A stretch of DNA of 64,000 nucleotides from positions 31,205,967 to 31,269,966 of the forward strand of contig CM120640.1 in the NCBI GenBank assembly GCA_051362555.1, given 5' to 3'. Origin of the DNA: Lingula anatina (lineage: Eukaryota > Animalia > Brachiopoda). Within the stretch, counting starts at the first letter, position 1; every line of letters begins with the position of its first letter. Positions 51,901-64,000 of this stretch are shown here, one piece after another. Position numbers and translations under genes: made by a program. The notes under the pieces are model-generated. The model worked only from the letters and a program-made list of their open reading frames with translations. It was not told the DNA's origin and ran no database searches.

Positions 51901-53148
51901 ATATTTCAAGTATAGTGTGTGTAATAATAAAAAGACAAAAATCCTAAATTATCCACGTAATCGTCCCCCCTTGATATTGAATAATGTCTTAAAAAGTCCA
52001 TCTTCAATGTAATTACCTATTATTCTTTGTGAGGTATTTAGGGCATCTGGATTCCCCTGTATCCTTTTCAGTATTCTGTTTACAAACTCCACATCATGTA
52101 TGGGAGCTGTCCAGACAGGACCTCCAATGTGATGTCTATGTCCACAGTGCCCACAATGTTCCTCTACAGAAGGACCTGTGGCTACGCAGTACTTGAAATT
52201 ATTTCCCTTGGTAGGTATCTCTTTGCACAAATTCTGTATGCTGTAAGTCTCACAACCAGTGCACAAATACACCATTCCCATATTGGCTGCAGATCGCTTC
52301 ATTTTTTGTGCTCCTGTGTAAACCAGAACAAATATTCGGACATAAAAATCTACACTTACTGCCAGTAAGGGTATAATATACCTGGAATACCTACTAGCAT
52401 GGGACTGGATGCTTTGCAACACAATTCTCAGTGCCATCTCATGACAGAAAGAGCCTCGGAGGGGCATGGAGCCATACTTAGCATAGCAGTTTTCAGGACT
52501 ATTGCCACACAGCACAGCAGTATCAGTGCTGGTTACACAGAGTAAACCCCCATCTGTTACAGCTTGCACTGCTGCATCAAGAAATGGAGATGGGCTGCCA
52601 TAGGGATCTAAGTCAACAACATCAAATCGCTCCTTCTTGCTTCTGTGCTGGTACATGAGGAGGGCTGCATCTGCACAACTTGGAGAAATTAAATGCTGCA
52701 CCTTATTGTGTTGTGCATTGTGTTTTATTATTTCCACAGCAGCTTCACTGTAATCATTTGTTACTATTTCTTTTACTTCAGGGATTTCTAAAGCAAAACG
52801 CATAGAACGTAAACCTGAAGCTGACAGCGCTTCTAGAATCTTAAGGCCAGTAGTTTCTGTGTCTTCTGAGATATCAGCTGCAGGTGTTTCTACTTTTGAT
52901 GCCGTATGTTCTCTTTTATCAGCCTGTTCTGATGCTTCTTTAGCACCCTTTCTCTTTGCTTGTTCTATTTTCTTTGCAATGTATTCCTGTGAAAACTCAG
53001 AGATGACTGCAACTGTGAGATCTCTATTAAACTCCTGAACAGGATTATAGAACACAGCTTTGGGATAAAAGGCTTCTGCTTTCCCTTCTTTTACAGACGT
53101 TAGATTATCCATAAAAACCTTTTCGTCTCCTTCCTTGGTGTCATTCAT
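45965..53148 (-). CDS. TRMT1: tRNA (guanine26-N2,N2)-dimethyltransferase TRMT1. Coding exons 53148-52017, 51570-51462, 51165-51075, 47300-47010, 46132-45965; about 596 aa (exact start uncertain).
   Basis: Motifs [82 protein letters not shown], an NLS-like KRKRRR, and a C-terminal CCCH finger [19 protein letters not shown]. Splice phases are consistent. The first ~52 aa and the tail of the ORF-track entry are intronic. Confidence 0.96.
46630..46804. mobile_element. MITE with CAG...CTG termini and 5-bp TSD (partial copy at ~2590-2659)
   Basis: TIR CAGGCCTTGTAAACGGATTA / TAATCCATTTATAAGGCCTG; TSD TAATG on both sides. Confidence 0.85.
47446..49184. mobile_element. Non-autonomous DNA transposon with ~330-bp TIRs, TAG...CTA termini and TTT flanks (Academ-like)
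   Basis: TAGTCTGGATGACTGGTGC...ccctagcaacaagcatttaa (47446-~47780) is mirrored by ttaaatacttgttgctaggg...GCACCAGTCATCTAGACTA (~48856-49184). Confidence 0.8.
48170..48850 (+). mobile_element. Tx1/L1-group LINE ORF2 fragment inside the long-TIR element
   Basis: Degenerate MKNILEIW...GKSTVVK...[13 protein letters not shown]...DYKNG...[11 protein letters not shown]...[12 protein letters not shown], matching the post-RT region of Tx1/L1 ORF2. Confidence 0.65.
49930..50920 (-). mobile_element. Non-autonomous Helentron-like element (same family as 8205-8820)
   Basis: Repeated aaggtca/tgacctt motifs, and a terminal block shared with 8570-8820. Confidence 0.6.
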
Positions 53149-53691
53149 ACTGTAATGAAAAGGAAATGTTAATGTTGATACTTTACATAATGCAGGTGTC
53201 CACAAGTCAGAGAAGAATGGATTAAGGTAAAAATATAAACATATATATCTGGTAATGTTATAATAAACGAAAACTAGCAAAATTTGGATGTAATCAAACG
53301 GCATAAATTACGCTTACGATTATGCCAGAAAAACAGGTAAGCAATGTGAAGTAAGTACATAAAGTAATCTCAGCAAGTTTTTATTTGTTAACTATCAAAC
53401 CTTAATAAGACTGCTCTTTACTCCCGTGATGTGGACTTATCAAGTACCATCACAAGTCGTCCACGCTTCAGATGACCTTCACCTTATTCTGAGATCCGAA
53501 TGGTTGTCTTACCAAGGATAAAGCATCACTGTTTGCACTATATATAAATATATTTGTCGAAAGAGTAAATAAAGATTTACAATATTCAGTTTGATACATT
53601 TTCTTGAAGACTATGTATTAAAAATTATGGGCAATATTTATTTTACTACTTACGGTGCTCAAACTTCTCCCATGATGCGTACCATTTAAAA
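53149..53691. promoter_or_regulatory. Shared divergent promoter and 5'UTR region of TRMT1 and PMVK
   Basis: The two ATGs are only ~540 bp apart. Minus-strand donors GTAAGT (exon end 53654) and GTAAGA (exon end 53513). Locally CpG-rich. Confidence 0.7.
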
Positions 53692-56079
53692 ATGTCTGAC
53701 CGTCCGTCTGTGGTCTCTAGGATTACCCCTGCTGTGGTGCTAGTTTTTAGCGGAAAAAGAAAGTCTGGAAAAGATTTTATTACGGAAATCATACAGAAAA
53801 GGTACAATACAGAAATTGACGACACTTTTGAACTACCCCCCCCCCCCCCCCCCCCACCATATAAGTGTTCCATTTTCAATATCTTTTCTAAATTAAAGGT
53901 ACATGTACTACGAGGTTTACCCTCCAAATGAGTTTTCCTCGGAAAGGGGGAGGGGTTGCATTCTTCTACTCACGAAGTATTGCGTCCCTGCACTTGATTC
54001 AATGTTTATTCCATATTTTACTTAGTTCAGTAATTTTTCAGTAAACTGGCCAGTCATATAAAACGAGATGTCTTCGTGTACGTCTCTGAAGGCCCATCCA
54101 AATATTTTGAGCTGAGGTATACTTTTCATTTATTCGTGTATTTTTACAGTACAATGAATCGCCCCCTTTAAACTATTTTAAATATTCTAATGATTATCAA
54201 TATGAAGTTATATTGAGACTTTGATTCAAATAAATTAGTTTTGAGTTTCACTATTTTCAATCTTTTTCTTTTTATAATGATGATAATGATACTGAAGTCT
54301 AAATCATTAAATTTTCAGTGGACTATATATTGTTTTACATTGTGAAAACACAGACATAACATAACATTTAGACATTGGTTTTAAGGATACATATAAAAGA
54401 TATGTTAATATGTATTAAAATAGTTTTATACATAAAATAACTTTAATTACAAATTTTCCCTAAAAGAGATTTGAGGTCTTTTTATGAACAGACACATAAA
54501 TATATGAGTGATTAGAGATAAGACAGTTGAAGTCACTATATTGGCAGCACTGAGGCAAACGTCATGCCTCAATGAAAGAGGTCACACATATACACATTCT
54601 CTGTACAGGCTTTGAAATTAAACTATTTTGCAGTCGATAATACAATTAATTTTTGATTTAATTTTTGTTTACAGACTAGGATTTGAAGTATGTAGCATTA
54701 TGCGTTTGTCAGGGCCGCTGAAAAGTCAGTATGCTAAGGTAAGTGTACATAGAAAATGAATTAAATAGCTACTTGGCATTGTAGCCCATATAATCCTATA
54801 TTGTTTGAATTTGATTTGAACTGCTGTTCAGTCATTTTTAAAGTATAACGATAGTACTTGTACCTTTTAAAAGTGTATAAGCAGTATATAAGTTTTATGG
54901 AAGTTTGTGCATGGTTTACTCATGCAGAGTATTGGCAGTGTTAAATGGACTTTAAGTTGATGACAACTAAAAACATTACAAATTGTGTTGACACATTAGT
55001 GTGTCTTAATGGCTGGTCAGAAAGCCTAAAAGCTATGGGAATTGTGAAAAACATTTACAATTACGCAGACCCTAACTATTGTATAGGTGATCATTTTTTA
55101 AGTTTCTGTCAGAAATTTTAAAGATATTCTGCTAACTACCTTGCCTAGTTCTCATTGAATCTGTTTCTTTGAATTTAACATTTTTCAATTTTCATTTATT
55201 TATTTATTTTTTGTTGTTATTGTTGCAATGTTTTTATTATTTAATTAATTAATTTATTTTTGGGGTATTTATTTGCCTGCAGCCATCTTGTTCAGATCAT
55301 AATATTCACAATATGAGAAATTGAAGTTATTTCTGTGAGGGGTCCATCTTCAAGGATTAATTGCACATATACATGTTTATTTTATCATCTTTTATTAGGA
55401 ACACCGTCTAGATGCAGATAGACTTTTAGATGCCACCTCATACAAGGAGCACTACAGAGCAGACATGATTAAATGGGGCGAAGAAAGACGCCAAAAAGAT
55501 CCTAGTTACTTTTGCAGGCTAGCAACAGAGGGCATGTCTGCTTTGAAACCAGTATGGATTATATCTGATGCCAGGAGAAAAACAGACATTGAATATTTTA
55601 ATAGTTTTTACAAAGAACAAACTCTGCTCATTCGTGTACAAGCCAAGGAAAGTGTGAGAATGGACAGGGGATGGAAGTTTACGTCAGGTAATGTCAGAAT
55701 TGATAATGAAAACACAGACACTGGTTCAGTTGGCAAAACTTGACATTTAAAAATGAAGAAAAAAATGGCTTTTGTCTCTAGCTCCAATTTTTTTAAAGAA
55801 ACCATGTTTACTATAAATATACTTCACTTACACAATTTCATTTACATTGAAAATAGAAAATCATACATGAAAGGAACCGTCTTTCATATTACTTTACCAG
55901 TAAGTAAATTTCATGTCTTTTTTCTAGGGGTAGATGATGCAGAGTCGGAATGTGACTTGGACAGTGGCATTACCTGGCATATGATCATTGACAATAATGG
56001 TCAGGAGGAGCAGTTAAACATCCATCTACAAACTTTGATAGATAAAATTAATAACAAACTTCAGTCACAGGATAGTTGA
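53692..56079 (+). CDS. PMVK: Phosphomevalonate kinase (animal type). Exons 53692-53801, 54675-54738, 55399-55687, 55928-56079; 204 aa.
   Basis: P-loop FSGKRKSGKDF, LSGPLKSQYA, YKEHYRADMIKWGEERR, WIISDARRKTD, GVDDAESECDLD. GT-AG phases are consistent. Confidence 0.96.
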
Positions 56080-57053
56080 CACCTATACAAAGTCCTGTCA
56101 TGATATTTTTAAATATTAAAATACAAAATTCCTACCATCCACTGAAACAGTAGTTTTCTTTATCTATCTATCTATCTATTCTATTTTTTTCTCTCCAGGC
56201 TGTTTAATTTAGGGTTTTTTGGTTTTTTTAAACGAAAAATATGTATTCATTTAATTTTTTTTCCAAAAATAAATGTAGTTTTGTATGGTGATGAGGTTAA
56301 TCTTTAAAGGACAGATACAGTGTTTAAACATATAACTGTCACCTGTGTCTATCTTTCAGTGCATTGTGTTTCATTATCTCAGTTTTAATTTCTACTATTG
56401 TGAGGGTTTGAGAGGGGTTTGAGAAATGAAACATTTTTGTAAAAAATGGTCATTGCCAACAACTACATTAAGGTAATTATAAACAATTAAACATCAACAC
56501 AGAGGTTGCCTTAGAAAAGTTAACTGGTAACTGACTACAAGCAATGATAATTTTACAAACTTTAAAAAGTACCAATTAGGCAAACAGTGAATTAAATATA
56601 CAAATTCCCATCAGTGGGATGGAATTATAATCTACAAGTAATAATCAGCAAGCCAAAACATTATTCTTATACATGGTAGCAGAAGACTAAATCAACAAGC
56701 TACTACAGGGTGGGAGGGTGGGAATTTTTGACAAGGTGTAGGCAAGAGAGAAATAACCGTTCACTGCTAAAGCTAAATTTGATTTAAAAGATGGAGGGGT
56801 CTACAGCTTACAGCTAGTCCAGCTTTATTAGAAAAAAAGGACACAATGTTAAATGATTTTTAACTATATTTTAATATTTAAATACTATAAAGCCAACAAT
56901 TTTTTTGAAATATATACAGTCAGATAGGGGGACCTGAAATGATAGTGATGTCATTAGCAGAGTAGTAATGCGTGACCTTGATTAAAAAACAGATGAAAAT
57001 GTTACTATGTTCCTTGTTCAGGATGTACTGAACGCGAAAAACTGATACCTTTA

Positions 57054-57165
57054 AAGTCCCCTTTACACTGGACGGCGTCTCGCCGTATGGCCCCGTTTAG
57101 AGTTTAAAAAATGCTGTACGTGCCGACAACCGGCCGATCATTGAACATTCATTCTGCTACCAAAG
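57054..57165. mobile_element. Left half of a Harbinger-like MITE, fused to a CAG-type MITE left end at 57166
   Basis: TIR cccctttacactggacggcgtc; homologous to 9370-9465; followed directly by CAGTGGCGGATTTAGAGGGGGG. Confidence 0.7.
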
Positions 57166-57328
57166 CAGTGGCGGATTTAGAGGGGGGAGGTCAGGGGGGT
57201 CCTGGGGGTATTTTTCCCTTTTTATGTACAGACACAGATGTGTCTGTACATATAGCCATCATCTGCGTCTGTCGTCGCCGTCGCCGTTGTCGCCGTCGTC
57301 GCCGTCGCCGTCGCCGTGCACTTTTACC

Positions 57329-58600
57329 GATAACACGATAAATGGAAAACTGTTTTTTCTTTTGGTATGAAACTTACAGAACTGATGAATATTCATAATA
57401 CGCAGGTCAAGTTCGAAAATCAGCATGATCGGGTCACTTTTAGGGAATTTATGCTGTTTTTTCACTTTTTTCAGCATATATGCAGCACTGATAACACGAT
57501 AAGTGGAAAACCATTTTACCTTTTGACTTGAAACTTACAAAACTGATGAATATTCATAATACGCAGGTCAAGTTCGAAAATCAGCATGATCGGGTCACTT
57601 TAAGGGAATTTATGCTGTTTTTTCACTTTTTTCAGCATATATGCAGCACCGATAACACGATAAGTGAAAAACCATTTTACCTTTTGGCTTGAAAGTTACA
57701 GAACTGATGAATATTCATAATACGCAGGTCAAGTTCGAAAATCAGCATGATCGGGTCATTTTTAGGGAATTTATGCTGTTTTTTCACTTTTTTCAGCATA
57801 TATGCAACCCCGATAACACGATAAGTGGAAAACCATCCTACCTTTTGGCTTGAAACTTACAAAACTGATTAATATTCATAATACACAGGTCAAGTTCGAA
57901 AATCAGCATGATTGGGTCATTTTTAGGGAATTTATGCTGTTTTTTCACTATTTTTCAGCATATATGCAGCACCGATAACACCATAAGTGGAAAACCAATT
58001 TACCTTTTGGCTTGAAACTTGTAGAACTGATAAATATTCATAATACGCAAGTCAAGTTCGAAAATCAGCATGATTCGATTATTGTTAGGGAATTTATGCT
58101 GTTTTTTCACTTTTTTCAGCATATATGCAGCACTGATAACACAATAAGTGGAAAACTGTTTTTTCATTTGGCTTGAAACTTACAGAACTAATGAATATTC
58201 ATAATACGCAGGTCAAGTTTGAAAATCAGCAAGATCGGACAATTTTTATGGAAGTTATCCTGTTTTTTTTTTTTTTTTTTTCAATTTTTTCAGCACTTTT
58301 ATAACACCGATAACATGATAAGTGTAAAAATGTTTTTCCTTTCCTTGGATTGAAATTTACAGAACTGGTGAATATTTATTATACGCAGGTCAAGTTTGAA
58401 AATTGGCATGATTGGACTATTTTTACAAAAGTAATGCTGTTTTTTTCCCTTTATTCAGCATACATGCAACACTGATAACGCATTTTAAGGAAAACCAATC
58501 AGCCTTTTGTCTTGCAACTCACAGGAGTGATCAATCTGACCAGTATACAGATCAAGTTTGAAAATAAGCTTGATCAGTTAAGTTTTGATGAAGTTATTAG
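57329..58600. repeat. Satellite-like tandem array of ~160-161-bp units, about 7-8 copies
   Basis: Unit gataacacgataagtggaaaacc...ctgatgaatattcataatacgcaggtcaagttcgaaaatcagcatgatcgggtca...gaatttatgctgttttttcacttttttcagcatatatgcagcac recurs at ~57329, 57490, 57651, 57812, 57974, 58134 and diverges further on. Confidence 0.95.
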
Positions 58601-61104
58601 CCTTTTTGTATTTAAGTGGTTTTTCTTCAGATTTAATTCTTAAGCATGTTAACAGTCTCATAACGGTACTAATTGGATATGTTAAAGTGTTGTTTTAACA
58701 TTTTCTGCTTCTTAACAATATTGTTAGTTGATTATATAAAAATGACGGTAAACCTATTATCCTGCATTGTGTAATAAAGTATCAAAAATGGAAAGGAACT
58801 CATCATTGCAGTTCGTCAGATTCAATCATTCACTATGTTCAGAATCTCCAAATGGAGCTAATTGGACATTATAAATTGTTCTATTGATATTTTTCCTATG
58901 TCAACAATTTTCCTAGTTGATCATTTAAAAATGACAGTTAATTGATGATGGTTTTATGTAAAAAAGGTGTTGAAAATGGAAAGAAAATCATTTCAGTACA
59001 GTTATCTCTTGTTAACATTTTGGCATTTTGAAAGTGTGACCCTAACTTCCATGTCCTTGGAGACCTTTCCATATCACATTTTCTGAATATCCATGATACT
59101 TTTATTTTTTTATAAAAAATTTGATGGTCATTTTGCTGTTAAGTATTATGTTATATTGCATGAAAGTTAAAGAAAACCCTATTTTGGACACTGCTGCCAG
59201 GATAGCGATTAAGGGAAAACCATGTTACTTATGATAATCAACCTTACTGAAAAGAGTGAAGTGCAGCTTGTGTTGGAAAACCATCGTAATTGTTTTCTGT
59301 TTTGAAAGCAATGCAGTACAGTGCTATTTGGTGCAATAAATGTATATGGATAGTAGGCAGTTAATTCAGGGTTATAAAATAATTTGCTTAATTGATTTTC
59401 AAGTTATTTCAGGGTTATAAAATAATTTGCTTAATTAATTTTCAAGTGGGTATTAAATGAGATTACATAAACACACATTGAGATTTCATTGTAAAGTCCC
59501 ATCGGTTTAGCTTTCTTAACTGTGTCACATAATTAGGAATCGATTATTATTATGCAGGTAAATGTTATTTAATATGGAAAATAAGTTTACAAAAAAAAAT
59601 TTGTGTAACGCTTACATTAATGCTAAAGATGAATAACAGTGCCTTATTATTCTCAAACTCAATAGGGTTATTCATATCATGTTAGTAATTGTACAGCTAG
59701 ATTAAAAGTTTGAGTAGCAGCTTTATTGGTATTTTTTGTTATGTTTTATTTTACATTTTCTTTTAATTTTTTTATGCTGTTTTTTCACTTTTTTCAACAT
59801 ATATGCAACATTAATAACACAATATAAGAAAAACAGCTTAGCCAATTGTCATTATACTCACAGGAGTGGTCAATCTTACAAAAATGCAGGTTGAGTTCGA
59901 AAATCAGTGTTATCGGGCCATTATTTTAGAAGTTGTACTGTTTTTTCAAATTTCCTCAGATTCAATTCTTAGGCATGTTAACAGTCTCATTATTGAACTA
60001 ATAAGATACGTAAAAGTGTGTGTTTGATATTTCCTGCATCTTTACAACATTGTTAGTTGATTATGTAAAAATGATGGTAAACTTGTTATCATGTATTGTG
60101 TAATCAAGTGTCCAAAACGGAAATAAACTCATATCATTGCAGTTTGTCAGATTCAATCATCCACATCTGCCATGATGACCATGATGGGAAAACCGTGTTC
60201 GTTATGATTGTCAAACTTTCAAAAAAGAAACACAGGACTAAAATGCAGCCCAAGTTGGAAAAGCAGTCTAATGGGCTTCTTTTTCTGGAAGTTATTCATT
60301 TTAGTGAAATATTCATTATCTTTTTGGCATATTCATTGTGGGACTCGGAGCTCCCATGGACATGAAGCCGGATGGTAATCAAATTTTCTACATGTTCATG
60401 CTATTTATAGTCAATAATCAAAAATTGGTGATAATTATTCTATAATTTATTATGTAATGTTACATCAAAATTGACAATAATCTTTTTGCACTGCTACTGC
60501 AAACATTATGAAAAGAAAACTGTGTTATTTATTATTATATTTAACTTAAGAGTATGATTTTTAGGATTGGCATGCAGTTCAAATTAGAAAGCCAGGTCAG
60601 TTGGGTTATCATTTATTATTGAATTTAATGCAATTTTGTGTGAAATTTCATTTTTCTCATTCTGGCACTTTCTAAGTATAAACTTGAACTCTGATGGGCC
60701 TGAAGCCTTATGCTTTTACTCTCATCGGTGTTACCTGTTGTGCAAAATTAAAATTTGATGTTGACTGTGCAGTTAAACATAATGTATTATTGCATCAGAA
60801 GTGGTAGTCTCCTATTTTGTGCATTATTGTTTTGTGCTCTTCTTAAGTTGTGACTTATGGGCCTGAAAGACCTTTGAGAGGGTCAGTCTATAAATTTCCC
60901 TTGGGTATCACTTCGCTAATTTCAGTTATAAAGTAATTTGCCTAATTGATAGGCTACATAAAGCACACTTGTGATTTGAGATTACATAAAGCACACTTGT
61001 TGATATTTCCCTGTAAACTCCCATAGGTTAAGCTCTCTGCTAGATTAATAATAAGGAAGCAGTGATAATTATGCAGGTAAATTTTGTTTAATATTGCAAA
61101 TAAG

Positions 61105-61158
<54 letters not shown>

Positions 61159-61203
61159 AACTGAAAGATTAAAAGTTTGAATAGCAGCTTCATTGGAATT
61201 ATA

Positions 61204-61389
61204 TTTACCTCTGCCAAGGAGGTTATATTTTCACCCCTGTTTGTCATCAACATAACTCAAAAAGTTATGGACCGATTTTGCTGAAATTTTCAGGAACTGT
61301 CAGAAGTGGGCCAAAGAGGACAAAAATCAATAATAATCAACAATTGCTACCTTGGCAGAGGTTTGCACTCTCGGAGTGCTTTTCTAGTT
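61204..61389 (+). mobile_element. Short complete HINE (ACCTC.GCCAAGG family) nested in the large Helentron
   Basis: ttACCTCTGCCAAGGaggttat ... CCTTGGCAGAGGT, hairpin gcactc-tcg-gagtgc, ctagtt end. Confidence 0.8.
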
Positions 61390-63344
61390 TTGTTGTTTTC
61401 CTTTATAATTTTTTCTCAAACACTTGCATTTGTGACTTTAAACTCTCATCCGCCTGAGACTCTGACATTTCTGTTTTTCCACATAAGCAGTTGTATTGTT
61501 TTTTATGTCTTTAAACATTATGTTACTTATGTAATATTATTTTATGCACTGTCATCATTTTTCAAATATTAAGACTTACATCATGTGAATTTGAACTCTC
61601 ATGGTCCTGAAACTGTAATCTTATTGAAAGGGTAGATTGAGACCATCTTCTGGGACTTCCGGAAGACAGTCAGGTTATTAAGTTTATATTGCCTGGTATC
61701 TATTTTTTCTTCTGTTGGAAGACCATCAAAATGGAGGATGGATCAAAATAGATACTTTGGAATACTGTCAGAAAATATCTCTGGGTCCGCTCATGTTATT
61801 GACCATTTTACCTGTTGTGCATGATTAAAATTCAGTGTTGACTGACAGTGCTATTATAAGCATTATTTATTATTGCATCAAAATTGACAAAATGACCTAT
61901 TTTGCATCTTTATTTTCTGTTTTTTGTCTGTACATTTGACAGCTTTGCTGCCTTGTTTTCAAAAAGTATATACTTTGACAGTAAAAGAATCTAATAATAT
62001 TCCACACATAATGCAAAAACTTTTATTCTTCCTTCTTCCACGCACATACTGGGGTACATAGTTGCACTAATTTTGATACAACCCTTGCGCAACCTCCAGA
62101 ATAAAGTCAAATGTCATATTTTTTTACTTGAATCTGTTTTTAAATTGGTTTCTTTTGCTAAAATCTTCTTTTTACAAAATAGTTTGTACTCTTAGAGTGT
62201 CGTATTAGACACGCTGAAGGGTTCAGAAAGAGAACTAGTTTTGGAAACAGATTGTATATATTCTCTTGAAATATTTTGCAAGTTAATTACTATCCTAACT
62301 TCAGATTTTAACGCTCTCTTTCTACCGTTTCACAGCGATAGAAATCACAGTGCGCGATGATTGACGTTCGTTCATATCATATGCCAATCAAGCTGTTATT
62401 ACTTGACAGCAACTATCAAAACTAACTGAATTTGATTGGCACCTTGTCAATCAAAAGATGTAGGAAGCTTGAACTAAACGCGTTACAAAAAGTCGGGTTC
62501 TTTATTTCAACCGAGAGACTACATGGATTTAACAAAGTGAAAGAGTCCCCGGTTCTTTCACAGGCGTTTTTAATTGTACTAAAAATCAGTTGTAATTTTT
62601 TTCTGACTGGATATGATGTAAAATGACTATACATGAATTGGCGTTGTTGTCGCTGTTTGTTGCTCCATAATCCTTTCTTTGTTGCTCGCACGAAATCGGT
62701 ACTGAACATATTACTTTAATCATACTCATGTTCTTTTACACCCAATGAATATTTTTGGATCATTTAAATAAAAAGCGAATGGTTTAAAAGGAAAACCTTT
62801 GTTATTTATTTTTCATGAGCTAGGGAGAGAAAAAATGCCGAGATAATGATGTTAGTGGCCTGGTAAATTAAAAAAGTGTCGGGGCGATAAGTAGCCCGTC
62901 GCTGTATATTGACATGAGCGTGCATGAAAACTGTTGTTTTAAAATAAACTACACAATTAAAACTGCCAAATTAAAATTGAAAGGAATTTTATGAAATGTG
63001 TTAACGAGCTTTCATCTGCGATATATTGTTAGTACTCCATAAGTATTAAAAACTGATTTCAATAAAGTGTGAAAATTAATAAACTAATAGTGGAAATTCT
63101 TCAATTTATTGAAGTTGTTCGTTCAATATTATATTCTGTATTTCATCTGATTGGTAATTTTTTTTCATTATATATAAAATGGATACTACGCCGTATAAGA
63201 ATTAATTGGTTTACATGACAAAATCACAACATCAATGGCTTAACACTTTTTAAGACCTTTCCCGCCGTGCGTAAGCACAGACAGTACAACGCATGGATGT
63301 TGTGCTAGCGAGATCGCAGTACAGGCAAAACACTGCAGCCTTAG

Positions 63345-63953
63345 CAGTGGCGGGTTTAGGGGGGTGTCAAGGGGGTTTTCCTTCGCTTTCTGAAAAAAAA
63401 TCACACAATACTCCCCTTTTGATATTAGAATTTTGACTAGGCTAAGCTTAATAATAGTTCTAAACCGTACCAAATGGCACCATTCGCCCTCTAAATTACC
63501 AAAATTTTTCGATGAAATAATTCTGGATACACTATTGCAAAGAGATGCCTGCAACATTTCCTTTCTACAACCAGTTTCCCTGTCGCACAAATGAGGAAAA
63601 AAGGTCGCTGTGGTCGTAGAAAGGATGTTTGGTGGGATGTTTGGTCGGATGTTTTGGTTGTTTAGGATAAACTCCCCGTTCGAACCAGCATCTTACGTAT
63701 TTTCCAAAACACTGGATACATTTGACTACAAGGAGTACTTTCTTTTCAATAAATATGCATTTTAGTCATTCCAAACGTGTTTGAATATATATGTAGGGAT
63801 ATTTTGACAAACTTTCACAGTATTGTGGATGTGCAGATGTGTGTGTGTGTGTGTGGTGTGTGTGAGCACATGCAGGGGTGGGGATGGGGCAGTGGAGGAG
63901 GATCCAACAAAGATAATTTGGAAGACTGCCAGAAGATATCTTTGGATCCGCCC
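63345..63953. mobile_element. Longer, decayed member of the 31501-31761 CAG-MITE family, inverted
   Basis: Starts CAGTGGCGGGTTTAGG. 63400-63495 matches the reverse complement of 31620-31705 (atagttctaaacc.taccaaatggcacc..tcgccct). (TG)n and tggatccgccc near the right end. Confidence 0.6.
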
Positions 63954-64000
63954 GACTCTTGCTGACTCAGGCCTACCCAACTACCAGACTCGGCACCGAA

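Larger units (their letters stand above)
57219..61957 (+). mobile_element. ~4.7-kb non-autonomous Helentron (HINE/pearl-like) carrying a satellite array and internal duplications
   Basis: 5' palindrome TATGTACAGACACA-ga-TGTGTCTGTACATA (57223-57252); (GTCGCC)n microsatellite; tandem ~160-bp units; 3' subTIR TGTCTGTACAT (61925-61935); hairpin gacagc-ttt-gctgcc; ttgtt end. Confidence 0.8.

Noticed and set aside
53150-53304. N-terminal 52 aa of the 451-aa ORF (MPFDYIQ...) as a TRMT1 targeting peptide
   Set aside because: Low-complexity intron-like sequence ending in a good acceptor (tttcattacag) immediately before the ATG at 53148.
660-56079. U12-type (minor) introns in the reconstructed genes
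   Set aside because: All donors are ordinary GT types and none match RTATCCTT.
57380-57430. CTGATGA...GAAA in each satellite unit as a possible tandem hammerhead (retrozyme) array
   Set aside because: No convincing stem II closes the core (the flanking bases are A and C) and no stem I or III was found. The unit is explained as Helentron internal repeat.

Overview
AT-rich, intron-rich animal genomic DNA, probably a mollusc or other lophotrochozoan (inferred from repeat types and CpG pattern). Five protein-coding genes could be spliced by hand with consistent GT-AG phases: CTU1 (minus, 14 coding exons, 355 aa, 19.4-kb first intron); an intronless Olig-family bHLH gene (plus, 249 aa) head-to-head with CTU1; a 109-aa single-pass membrane protein with two PPxY motifs (plus, 3 coding exons, no matching entry in the ORF track); TRMT1 (minus, 5 coding exons, about 596 aa); and PMVK (plus, 4 exons, 204 aa) sharing a very compact divergent promoter with TRMT1. 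The rest is intronic or intergenic and holds Helentron-type non-autonomous elements (one carrying a ~160-bp satellite array), several MITE families (including CAG...CTG elements with 5-bp TSDs), L2/CR1, Tx1 and Penelope-like fragments, two minimal hammerhead-ribozyme motifs, and a two-variant minisatellite. Most other ORF-track entries look spurious. All identifications come from reading the sequence; no searches were run.
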